Positions 26,771 through 38,919 of a DNA stretch of 64,000 nt are shown one piece after another. Origin of the DNA: Lama guanicoe (Eukaryota); assembly GCA_013239625.1 (NCBI GenBank), contig MU053561.1, forward strand, positions 1,469,520 to 1,533,519, read 5' to 3'. The notes under the pieces were generated by a model. It ran no database searches, was not told where the DNA came from, and saw nothing but the letters and a program-made list of their open reading frames with translations. The stretch's first letter is position 1; each line of letters begins with the position of its first letter. Position numbers and translations under genes: made by a program.

Positions 26771-27707
26771 TCTGATTTGAAATTTTATTATCTTGGTGTG
26801 TGCATCTGCATACTTTCCTGGTTCTTCTTTGGTTTGTTTTTTGGGGTTTTGTCTTTTTTTTGGCTTTTTCCTCTTGCTCTTTTATTGCCACCTATTCTCC
26901 TTTCCACACCTTAAATACTGGTGCTTCACAGGTATTTACCCTTGGCCCACCAGTCCCCTCATTCCTGCTGTCTGCCCTTACGGTTTCTCAGGGCTGGGGG
27001 TATTGCATAAAATGTGAGTTTGTAATAAAAATGGACTTTAAATTGTAGCTATACTATTTACTAGCTGTTTGACTTTATGTAGTAAATTGAACCTCTCTGA
27101 ACCTGAATGTATCTATTTTATGAGTAGCCATCAGATTGGTCAACATTTGCAAAGTACTTTGCATGCGGTTTGCCAACAAGTACCCTTTGATAGCAACTAC
27201 TCATTATAGCTATTTAACTACTGTCATGTCTATAATCATAGCCTAGACCTCTGCTTTAAGCCTTAATCTCATCTGATTGATTGTCTTTATCCATCTGGGT
27301 GTCTGAAAGTCCCACAGGCAGTCAGTCTAACATACCTGTGTTTGAACTCATCATCTTCCTATCCAAATAAGCTATTTCTTCTATATTCTCTCTTTTGGTC
27401 TCTTCACTGTCCAATCAATCATAAAGCTAGTTGGAAATCTTACCTCCATCTTCTCCATCATCTCAATCTAATCAGTTATGTTTACTTTCTGAATATTTAT
27501 CAAACCTGTCTCTCTTTCTCCAGGGAAGGTAGATGCTGGTGGAGGTACAGTTTTTAACTTGCCAACTAAAATAAATTAGGAAAACTTTGAATCTTAAAAA
27601 AAATTTTTTTCCAGTTAACTCAGGTTGTCAAGGAGAAAGTAGTGATTTCTCTCCGTTCGCCACTCTGCTGGTCATGATATATATGTATTATGCAAATACA
27701 CACGTGT

Positions 27708-27745
27708 ACACGCACACACACACAACACACACACACACACACACA
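27708..27745. repeat. (CA)n microsatellite, interrupted
   Basis: Direct reading. Confidence 0.95.
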
Positions 27746-28679
27746 AAGCTTCTATGTTTTCACAGAGATAGGAGAGGCTCACATCATTATGTTCTCCTCT
27801 GTGTCCTTCACTGGTCTCTGGTGTTGGCTGGTTGATCATGTCTTGACCCCGGGTCTCTTTTCTGAGGTGCAAGAGGTTGAATCTAAATTTTAGAGCATGA
27901 GGCTGGGCTCTACAGTCCTTACCACAGCCTTAGATAATAAGGTTCCTGTCATGGTGGTTCACTCACTCATGTTGCCCTCAGCTTCTTCTGATTTGGGGAG
28001 GTCCCTAAGAGTTGCAGCAGACTTCTGTACATCCCACTTAATTGTACTGGGCCCTTTGAAGCTGTCCTTTGGCTTACCCACTTGGACACCTTTCTTACAC
28101 ATTTCTGAGCCACTGTCTGGGCACCATTAATTTTTCTCTGTATTATTATGCTAATGACGACTCTTTGCCACAGGGCTTACAAATATTCTCTGCCTATTCT
28201 CTGAGACACCTAAAACTAAGCCCTCCTCCCTCTGTCAGACTCTGAGATTTCCCCCAGAATCTATCTGGATGTGTTTCCCACAGTGTCCTCTCTCATGCTT
28301 CAGCTATACAGGGAAGGGGTTAACAAGTGAGAATTCTATCTGACTGCTTCTTCCTCTGTTCTCTTGCCAGTCTCTGTTGGAAGAAAATTTTCTTCCTATC
28401 TATATCATTGATAATGACAAAAGATAGCATTCCAACATCTAAGATTAATTTTTTTAACTATACAGGTAACTTTTAGAATTAAGAACTTCTTTGTTCTCAA
28501 AGCCAGACTCTCAAGATTATTTACTCCCCATGGGCAAGATCAGTTTTGAGATTGGGAGCAAAAGGATGGCCTATTTCTATGTGCATCTCTGCTGTAATAG
28601 TCTGCTTCTGGCTGGAAAAAGGAATTAACCACATGCAATAAAGCGGAAAAGATAAAAATCACATTAATAATCACAATAT

Positions 28680-29610
28680 TGTGATATATATAAGATAATA
28701 TGATTTTTCTCCTGTGTTTGGTCTTCCTCTATAGTTGCAAGTTTCCAGCTCCCCAAATCCTTGGAATTTACTGAATGCTGAGTGTGGTAAAGGTGTTTTT
28801 GTTATGTTAATGAGGTGACTTTTGGAAAGCACCCAGGATTGGGGGCTGATTGCCAGTGGAGCCAACCACATGCTTAGAGTGTTAGAACTTTAGATCTTAC
28901 TCACTGTCCTCCAAGGTGAAAAGAAGGGCTGCAGATGGAATCAGTTGCCAGTGGCCAGTGATGTAATCATTTGAGCCTATGTCATGAGTCTCCATAAAAA
29001 CCAGGATGGCGGGATTCAGAGACCTTCCTGGTTAACGAACATGCGGAGATTTGAGGAGAGTGGCTCACCTGGAAAGGGCGTGGAAGCTCTGTCCCCTCCC
29101 CGATACTGTGCCTTCTGCATCTCTTCCATCTGGCTGTTCCTGAGTTATATCCTTTTATAATTAACCAGTACATGTTTTCTGAGTTCTGTGAGCCACTCTA
29201 GAAAATTAACTGAACCCAAAGAGGAAGTCATGGGAACCTCTGATTTATAGCCAGTTGGTCAGAAATACAGGTAACAACCTGGACCTGTGCTTGGCATCCT
29301 GAGTTGGAGGGGACTGTTGGAACCTCAGCTCTGTAGAACTCTGTAGCCAGTTGGTCAGAAGCACAGGTCATAACCTGAGCCCGTGACTGGTATCTGAAGT
29401 TGGATGGCGAGTGGGGTGGGGAAGGGTGGGGAGGGCGCCAGAGAGGACAGTCTTGTGTGACTGAACCTGTGGAATCTGATGTTGTCTTTAAATAGAGTAG
29501 GGTAGGAAGTGTCAGAATTGAGTTGAATTCTGACTTCCTGCTGGTGTCTGAGAATTGCTTTTTGGTGTGAGGAAAAACCTCCCAACATTGGAAATTAAGT
29601 CTCAGAACAC
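28680..29610 (+). mobile_element. MER21-like solo LTR
   Basis: 'catctcttccatctggctgttcctgagttatatcctttt...ctgagttctgtgagccactctag...gccagttggtcagaa'; internal ~60-bp diverged duplication at ~29248 and ~29343. Confidence 0.85.
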
Positions 29611-29649
29611 TGAAAGAATAACATGTTATCCCCCCCTTTTCTAGATGTG

Positions 29650-30095
29650 TTCTATTTCCCTCGTATAATATATTCTGCATCCTTCTCTGTCCTGCCCTAT
29701 GCACCAGAAGAGTCACTTTATATATTGCCTTGAGTTTGCGTGCCTTTTATCTTCAGATTTGGGGTCAGTCAATGGGAGGCCCAGGGAAGAAATCTGGTTG
29801 GAGGTGAATTAAGCCAAGGTTTTTATTTTCCCAGCTTCCCAGGTACATCTGCCAAAGGCCATAGCTCCTGTCTAGTTGTGGTCACAGATTCTTAATCATT
29901 CTAATAACTTCTCTCTCCTTTTGTGTCTTCAGATCATCTAGGAACGGTGACATTCTGGTCTCCTGCTAACTCTCTGGTGACGCACCATCCCTTGTTTGTT
30001 TCCCTTAAGTAAAAAAAAAAAAAATCCCTTAATTAAGCTTTTCTCAGTTGTCCCATTGAGTATGGAATTTACTTTTCTTAGGACCATTACTGATA
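29650..30095 (+). mobile_element. LTR33-like ERVL solo LTR
   Basis: 'gtcaatgggaggccc...aaaggccatagctcctgtc...ccatcccttgtttgtttcccttaa...ggaccattactgata'. Confidence 0.7.
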
Positions 30096-30700
30096 AATCC
30101 ATTGTATCTATGTGATCCATTGTATCAGAATTCAACTCAATTCTGACACTTGTATTTGCATGACCCATTTTTTTTTTGCAGTTAGAACTCCTGAAAAGCA
30201 GGGATTCTAATCCTTAAAATTCTCTTTTATCCTCATCTTCTATTGTGAAACAGCACTCTGCTTACAAGGGTGAGCATGAAACGCTTTCTGAAGTTCTTCA
30301 TTAACCCATTGAACTGTGATGTGCTGAGCACTGCTTCCGGCCCTGTGGACACCATGGTGAACAAGATGGAATAGTTCTTGTCCTTACGGAGTCTCTACTC
30401 TCCTGACTCTAAATTTCCCCTCTGTTGGTTGCAATTTTTAATGAGCAAAGTGTGCGTTAGTCCTGGTCACATCCCTTTCAAGCAAGTCTTTCCCATCCAC
30501 ATTCCAGGTGGCTTATGATAAGGCAGAGCAATGTTTTTGCTGAAATTTGAAGACCCAGAAGCTGTGAATAAGCAGTGGAAGTATAACGAGAGATCAAAGT
30601 ATAGAAAGAAATAGGCATAGAAAGAAATATGGATGCAGTGATGAACTGAAAGACCGTTTTGCCTTAGTACTGAGTAGATTGCTGCTGAAGCCTTACTCAC

Positions 30701-30825
30701 CTGCAGTTCCTCTTCTTAGCTTCTCAGGAGTTCTTTGTGGAAGTTTTACAAGAAATCCTACTTTGCTTGGAAGTTTGAATGGCTCCTAGTTCTTTAAAGC
30801 CAAACGAGACTGAGGAAACACCCTC
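30701..30825 (-). other. Candidate 125-nt non-coding (5' UTR or lncRNA) exon
   Basis: Minus strand: acceptor ttttccttccctttccctcctttccacAG|G, donor CAG|GTGAGT; stops in all three frames. Confidence 0.6.
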
Positions 30826-30958
30826 CTGTGGAAAGGAGGGAAAGGGAAGGAAAAGTGCTGTGTAGACGTTGAGTTTGGTGTTGCTGCTGCTAATGGGCTC
30901 ACTGAAGCACGTGGGGGAGCATGCTGCACCAGCAAGTGGACTGCCTTCCTTTCCTTAC

Positions 30959-31145
30959 CCTGTGCAGTAAAGACTGCGCTGCTCCTCAAGCTGGCCTTTT
31001 AAGCAATCCTGCCTCATGAATCATAGCTGTACAGCTTGTTTTTCTTTCCCGGACCCCCATACTCCACACCCCACTCTCATCAGTAGTTTTGTTTTTTCTA
31101 GATGATGAAAAACTGCCAGGTGGATCCCTTGCTTCACGTGATCCC
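30959..31145 (-). promoter_or_regulatory. Candidate promoter and short first exon of a leftward transcript
   Basis: Minus strand: donor AGG|GTAAGG at 30959/30958; TATA-like TTAAAAG ~27 nt upstream of Inr-like gcAgtct (~30975); TGATTCA, GGGGTGTGG and TCACGTGA (31134-31141) further upstream. Confidence 0.4.
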
Positions 31146-34100
31146 TGGATCGTTTGTACACCTGCTGCTCCTGCTGACACTTGCCACTGGGATTCTGCTG
31201 TCTAAGAAGACTGCCAAGGTAGATTTGTCATAGCATGGCTCGTTATCATACAGACTAAAGGCAGGTCCATGCCCTAAAACATAAGTATTGAAATTGCCTT
31301 TATGAGAGTCCTGCTAAGCTAAAAAACATTTATGGAATCTGTCTGCAATATATCATTATCTTTTTTTTTTAATTTTATAATGATCTACTGGTTGCCTTTT
31401 CCCCACAATTCTCCAATCTCATGGCTGAGAACTCATTTTTTGCAGTCTCAGTTGGGATCCGTTTTTCTGGGACCAACCTTGTCAAGGGTAGGGAGAGAAT
31501 AAGTGAGCTCAAGAAATGCAGCCCTACGTAAACCTTGCATTTCCTGCTCTGACCTTATAGTTTAGTCCTAGACTCCTGCTTTCTCTGAGACCCAGTACCT
31601 ACCCTGTGCCCCTGATCCAGGGACAGGTAGTTAAGCACAGGTGTCGCTTCTGCCTTTGCTGCCATGTGCCACTGGGGATGTTTGAGAGACCTCTTATAAT
31701 CCCTTTATATTTTTACAGAGCTTTTGCACCCATTGTCTCACTTGAATTCTAGAATAGTCTTATTGAAATAAACTATTTTACATTTAAAATCCATTTTTAA
31801 TGGAGCCAGGACTGGAATGAAGCTCTCATAACTCCGTCAATGCCTTTTATTTTTAAGCAATGTGTATTTTCTTTTTTAACATAAACCTGTTCTGAAACAA
31901 AAGGAAATAGTAATATTAAGTTCCAAATCACCCAATGATAAGCTTTACTAATATTTCAGAATTTTTAATCCACATACACAGTTTTTTACATTGTTGATGT
32001 CATTCTAAAATAAAACTTTGCAACCTGAAAATTGAATGAATTTAATGAAAAGTTTAATGAATTTGGCAGATTTGTTTGTTCTTTCTTGTTTAATATTGTC
32101 ACATGTTGATTTTGATCCTCATATTAAGTTGATCCCAAGACCAAGCTATAGATCTCAAATCAACTTTAATGCAGAAAAGGGGTGGACAATAGTATAATAG
32201 AAAGGAGGTATCAGGGCAGGGTATTCCTGCGCCAGGTTCCTTGAGCAAGGCATCACACAGAGCAAAGGGAAGTTTGTAGATGGGCACACAAGAAACAAAA
32301 CACTACAATGGTCCTGTGGGTCTGCTTGGTTTAGAAACAAATTCCCTCTTTAAGCTATGTAAAATGCTGATACCTCTTTCACAGTAGTCAGTGCAGGGAA
32401 GGATCTGTAGTACAATCCAAATGGCTCCTGTGAGACAGTGTTCAGTGTGGTTCACGAAGCAACTAACTAAAGTGAACGTGCTCACGATAGGGAGCCCTGT
32501 GCCCGGGAACAACCGCAGAGTTCTCTTTCCTCAGCCTCACCTATGTGCAGTGCCAACCTAAATGTTAGGTAGAAAAGCAGCCCCCTTGTGGTTTGATTGA
32601 AAGAGTCCTGGCGCTTTCTCCTAATCCCAAACACAAAAATCTCCATATCTGAAAGAGCTTTGTTATAATACAAAGGTATCATTCGAGTAAACTGTTACCA
32701 CTTTGATCTACCAGATTGGATTAATGTCTAATGCATAGAGAGGATCCACTTCATCACAGCAGGGCAGGCCACTTTAGCTCTAAGACCAGGACCTGTGCAT
32801 GGAAGTGAAAGAAGGGATGGAAGGGAACAGAGTGTGGTACTGCAGGGAGCCTTGCTGGGAAGCCACGGCACCACTTACCCACCTACACACCTGGTACCCA
32901 GGAGGGCTGGAAGAGCACAGAGGAGCATCGTGAGGGGCAAGTGATACTGAAAACAGCCTTCACCATTGTGAATCATGAGGAGTAAAGACACAGTTCATGG
33001 GCCTGTTTCATGCTTAGAAAAACTAATTTAGTAAATATGTATTCTCGACATCATAACGGTTCCATCTGTGGGTGAAACAGAGAGCTTTCCTAGGGAGCAG
33101 CAGTAAGGTTCAACAGTGGCCCAGGGCCCAGACCACTGGGCAGAGGCCCTTTCTGTTGGGAGAGAGTCACATTCCCCTGTTATTTGCCACAGCCTCAGGA
33201 CCCACAGGCTGCCTGCAATGTGCAAACTGCAGAATTCAGCATGAAGGTTGCCAACAATTTTTGGCCTCAGCTTTTTAGCTGGTTCTCATTTAGCAACAAT
33301 TTCAATTTTTCTGGGACACTTGGTGTTTTGATGAAGAAAAATTAGGTGTCCTTTAGTCAACTTGGCAAAAGAGAGGGTGGGTGATAGTGGTCCAGAAGAG
33401 TAATTATAGGACTTAGTTATCTCCATTAAAAATCCTAGAGCAGCCATTGGCATTTCATTCTCATGTAGTTTTAAAGAGAAGAATGTTCTGTCCTTAAAAA
33501 ATGGGCAATTCATACTCATCAAGTCATGAAGCTGTGCAATCATTTGTGGATTGAGAAGCAAGGCTTCTGATGTTGACAAAGGGAGCAGCATTACCCACTG
33601 TGGGAATTAAGGCCAAAAACTGGGGTTTAATCCTCACTCCCGTTCCGCATCTCTTCCACCACAGTCCCTCACAGGGTGCATAAATATTGGGTAGAACTGC
33701 CACATAATCGAGTACACGAATAAACCATAAGTTGACTCAACATATCTCATTACATCGATGACAAAACCATAACTTTCTTAGGACATAGTGCTACCCAAGC
33801 CTCCTACCCTTCACGCTTCTAATGGAAAATGTGTACCAGCCTTTTGGGAAAGTGGCCTCCCAGCCACATGTGGGAATTTATTCATTGTCCTAGCAGAAGT
33901 TTCCATTGTACCAGAGAATTTTCACAGGCTGAAAACGTGGCTGCTGTACTCCTGCCATGAGCCTTCTAGCCTGAGACAGTGACCAAGTATAGGTGCACCC
34001 AGGTCTATGGCATGGGCCTGATCTGGAGTCAAAAGGAAATGTTTAGCCATCTTTCAGATTTTATTCCTCAAGACTCCAATGAGAACATGGTCCCCTACCC

Positions 34101-34629
34101 TCTGCATTTGAATCATCAGATGTACATCGGCTGTAAAGGCTGGTTCTCATCTCAAGTGAGAATATGGGAGGCTGTCTGTCACGAAGAACGGCCAGCTTTG
34201 CTCCATTGCACACATCTGCCAGAAATGGACCTTTTGGCACTTGGCATTTTTTTTTGTTCTCTACATGCAACATGTGTAATTCCAATTCACACCTCTTTGC
34301 CCTATATTTTGGCCCATTCTCTTGGCAATTTCACTTTAAAGAAAAACACAAAGCAGAGGCTTTTAAGTTTCTTGTACAATTCCATATTTATAACCTAGTA
34401 TCCTCAGCTGCTTTGAGAAGATGTATGAGGTTTTTTGATCACATGTGATGAAGTATGTATTATTAAAAGATCATGATGCATCTATCAAGCCCCATATTCT
34501 TAGCAGATAGCACAACCTTGAACCATGCAGTAAGCATTCAAAATATTATTTTAATGAATTCATGGTTAACATGACCTAGAAATAAGGTGGTGAATTAAAA
34601 TTAACTTGAGTGTGAAAAAGACTATGCTA

Positions 34630-34997
34630 CTGTGATAGTTATTGCCAGAAAACAAGTACTTCTGGTTCTCCTTTTGAGCGTATAGATTTTTTTTGTGTGA
34701 GCATATAGAAAATTTTGACTAGTAAAATTTGAGCAGAATAATGTTACTTCTCGGGGAGGAGGTTTTAAAAGCTGGATGCAATATCGCACTTCTGTCTTTC
34801 CATCTCCCGGGGGTGAAGGAACTACTCCACATAGAGGCTGTTCCATCCTTCGTGAATGGAGTAAGGATGATGCAAAGAGCTGTAGCCAGCACACGACAGA
34901 TGTGTTGTGAGAAAGAGAATTAAACCTTTGTCATTGTAAGTCACTAGGATCCGAAAGTGTTACTCCAGCATAATCCCGCTTGTCCTGACTGACATAG
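34630..34997 (+). mobile_element. MaLR solo LTR (MLT1I/J-like)
   Basis: 3' end 'gagaaagagaattaaacctttgtcattgtaagtcactagg...cagcataatcccgcttgtcctgactgacata'. Confidence 0.7.
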
Positions 34998-35429
34998 CTA
35001 CTTAGGTTCTGTTTCGCAGGTGTGAGTGTAGAATAGGTGAGAGAATGAGAGAGCTTTTGGGTTTGGATTTCTGACGGACTCTTAAAGACCATGTACTTTC
35101 AATAAAGAATACATGGTGGTCTACCCACTCCCTTGATGGCTCAGCAGCCAACTCAGAGAACTTCTTAAGCTAATCTGGCAGCGACAGTGACAGAGGAGAA
35201 GTGATTTAGCAGGATTTACTGTTTCCTGGTGTCATTGCTTTGGTCTGATATCGTCACTCCATGTGTGGGAGAGAAAGGACAGTGTGTTAGATCGTACTAA
35301 ATGTTGGCTCACACTAAGTATATTTTATTATGAGAAAAGCACTAGCATCAGAAATACTTATGAGTGTTATATAAATGAGAGTGAAATGATTTCATTTGTT
35401 CTGTGGGAAATGGTTAGTGCTAATTTTAA

Positions 35430-36400
35430 AGGTTCATAGACCACAGAAGAGAATAAAAAAGAAAATAGTAATTACTCAAAACCTACCACCTAGAGACAGC
35501 CTTGCTAGTGTTTAGTGAACATCCTTTCTAAGCATCTCTCTCTAAACAAATGTGCACACATGTTTTATATAAATGGGAATATACTATTAAAGTCACATCC
35601 ATTTAATTGACTCTAATAGGCACAGTTCTAAGAACTGAGATGAAGGCATAAGCAACCCCTGTCCTGAAGCTTGCTACATGTAAAGAGAGATATTCAGCAA
35701 GACTTTTCACGAGAAGTTGGTGTTGTGATTTGGGAAGTCCAGGGTGCTGTGCTCTTTGTAGGGAATTTCACTTAGCCTAAGGAGTAAGGGATGACTTCCT
35801 GAGGAAGTGAGATTTTTATAAAATGACCTTTGTTTTACTCTATGGCATGTCAGATAACTCTACGTTACGATTTTCAGAGGTGGCATAATACTTCACTGTA
35901 TGGAGTTATGTGTGTGCTATAATTTATTTGCAAGTTATTATTAGTAGGCCTTCAGTTTGTCTCCTTTTTAAAATGTCATATATAGGGCCACAATGGAAGT
36001 CCTTTTGCATGCGTTTTTTTGTTTTACATTTCTTTAGGATAAAGACAGAGAAATGAGATCAGTGGATCAGAAGTTACACAGATTTTATATTTATGTTTTA
36101 TGTGTATATACACACATTATATATATACCGTTAAACTACACAAATACATACATTACACATACACATAAATGTATACAGACATCAACTACCGATGTTACTA
36201 TACTGCCTACAGAAATGTGCCAGTTTCTATTCTCTTTATCAAAAACTCTTAGGAGTGACAGGTCCCCAAATCCTGGAAGACTCAAGAAATGTAAATCATT
36301 AACATTTTGTAAATATTTTCAGCATTGTAGGTGGGAAAACCTTCATCTTGTTTGCATTTCCTTAATCACCTTGAGGCTGAAATTGAATGTAGTGAGCAGG
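35430..36400 (-). mobile_element. Old L1 (L1ME-like) 3' fragments, interrupted
   Basis: 'aaaacctaccacctagagacagcc...tttagtgaacatcctt' and 'ttgtttgcatttccttaatcacc'. Confidence 0.5.
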
Positions 36401-36669
36401 TTGTATATTCCCTAATTAGACACATGTAAGTCAGAGGGTTGGAGATAACCTCATGTTAAATTCAGGAGCATTCCACATCAGTGAAGTTTTTAGGGGTGCC
36501 ATGGTATGGGGCATGATGGTATATCCTCTCCATGGTAAAGTACGAATTATTTATTGCATCTTGCACTTTTCACCACTAAGAGGCACAGTACAGTGCTTAG
36601 TAATTCTCTTTCAAATTGGAGTATAGCATATATCATACTTGGGAATAATATTTTAACTCATTTATCAGC

Positions 36670-37525
36670 TCTCAGAAGGATGTTACTTTCGAGTCCTCCC
36701 CAGGGCAAGAAAAGCCTCCACAGCAGGTCCTCTTGCAGGCTGGGCATTGTAACTGCAGCAGAAGTGGCAGTGCTGGAGGTATTTGAGGTGGTTAGGGTAC
36801 TGGATAAGGATGCTATGTGGAGCCTCCAGCAAGTCACACTAGGAGATGTTCAAGGCAGACTCTTAGAATTCTAAAACAAGTCACGTCTCTGAAACATTAC
36901 CCACCAATTCGATAAACAGCTCTGGGCCCTAGTAGAGACTGAGCCTCACCAGTGGACAGCAAGTGACTATGTGACCAGAACATTTTGCCGCAACCTAGGT
37001 ATTTTAAGATCCACCAGGTAGTGAAGAGAAAGCAATAGTCCACTATACAAAGGAAATAGAGCCTCTCACATTGGGCCTGAGAAGGTCAAGAAGGGACAAG
37101 TACCTGAACAAATGGTTCAGCCCTCCCCAGCGCCCGTGGACTCCTCTCCCTCAGCCGTGGCCTGCATGGTGATGCAGACCTCTGCAACCGACTGAAAAAG
37201 GAGGGAGGCTCTCAGGCTCCCAGGTGACTTGGCACAATACCGAAAATGCACTACTGTCACACGACAGCTGCAGTCAGAGAAGTCTCAGAAGTAGTGGTGA
37301 AGAGAAGTTCCCCAGCATGCAGAACTACACACTCTACATTTGGTGATTTCATTTGCATGGAAGGAGAAGTGGCTTCAGATAACAGCTTTCATGGACTCGA
37401 GTTGTGACAAAGGGCTTCAGTGGTTGGTTCCGGGTCTGGAAGGAGCAAAATTTTTAAAGTATGAGACAGAGAACTCTGGGGAAGAGGCATGTGATTAGGC
37501 TTATGGGAGTGGACACAAGAAGCGA
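36670..37525 (+). mobile_element. ERVL pol fossil (RT connection/RNase H)
   Basis: DKDAMWSLQQVTLGDVQGRLLEF (ORF 36554-36874) resembles ERVL DRDAVWSLWQAPIGESQRRPLGF; then KQL/WALVETE ('ctctgggccctagtagagactgag'). Confidence 0.85.
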
Positions 37526-38919
37526 TTCTGGGAAGCAATAGTTCTCCTAGGGTAAGTCCTGAAGGTTTTGAGAGGAAGGGGCTAAAGAAGGGAGTATCTA
37601 TTTTCGGGTAGCCTTTGTCACCAGTGGGGCTTTTGGCACTGACCTGAATTTCCTTGTTGACTCAAGACTGACTGATTCAGAAGGAATGGGGCAGGCATTC
37701 TCACAACGCAACACAGCAGAGAAGAAAGAGTAGATTTTAAGTATTCCCCAGTGCTCTGTTTTGCCTCTTCCCAAGTCTTCTGCCCCTAGGGCAATCTTCT
37801 CAGTGATTTCTAACACTTTTTAAAAGTGTTAAAAAATTTAAAAGTCTTCCTGACATCTACCTTCCTTGTGGATTCTGTGATTTTCTATAGGGTTGATTTA
37901 GGAACAAGGAACAGAGCCTTTTCCAGTTCACTATCCACCTGAATCACTGTTTTCTGCTTCCCTGAAAATGGGACTGGGGTGAAACAAAGTGCATAGAAGA
38001 AAGGAATGTTGGAGCAAATAGAGAAAACAAAGGAAGCCGGGAGGGCTATGGGGAAAAGAAAAGGATGCTGAAAGAAGAGAGAAAATATATATAGTTCCAG
38101 GACTTTTCATATATTTGTGGTTCAAGTTCAAGTTATTGCCTGACTTCATTGGAACAAATTAGGTCCATTTTCCCAAAACCAATTTCCACGGTCATATGAA
38201 TGACAAGTAATCACCAGATCATTTCTTCCACAACCACTGGGGCATTAATCTTGAAATCCTAGGCTTGACTCAGAAATGTGTGAAATAGTGGGGGAGGCTG
38301 GTCCTCTGCACAATGTCAGGTCTGAGGTTTCCCAAAATGTACAGAATACCCCCTTTCTATTATTCCCATGACTTGAAGCTGGTATTTTCAGGTATTTTTT
38401 TCGATAAGTAAAGCCCTGGTTGTTGTCATAAAGTTAGATATTTCAAATATTTTGCTTTTCTCTTTTTCCTTCCCCGTACGTAGTCACGGGAGGCTCACAC
38501 CAGGCAAGTGTTTTGATTTCACTGTCAATGTGTAGGATTTCATTGTTGTCATTACTGTGTTTATCACATTCCTCCCAGTTATGGGCCATTAGCATTCCAC
38601 CAAAAAATATAAATTCTGAAATGTAAGGTAATTCAGTGGGCTGGATATCCTAGAAGCCCCTATCCCTATCTCAGCACACATGGGAGGCCTCTCCCATCTG
38701 GCCAGACCTAGCAGCTGAAATTCACCCCTGGGGTTTCCCACTCCTGTCAATCACAGCATCCTGCTGTGAACACCATGCAGCCATTCCTCTCACACTGGCT
38801 CTCAGGCTGGCAAGACAAGAAACCACATGGGCTCTGGTCCACACTGCTAAGGCCCATGACATTCCTGGAGATAGCAATGAATCAGTGCACGTCACCACTA
38901 CAGCATCTCTGTTCTGCTC

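Noticed and set aside
29228..29716. 162-aa minus-strand ORF with an internal repeat
   Set aside because: It is antisense to the MER21-like LTR, and the peptide repeat mirrors the LTR's internal duplication.
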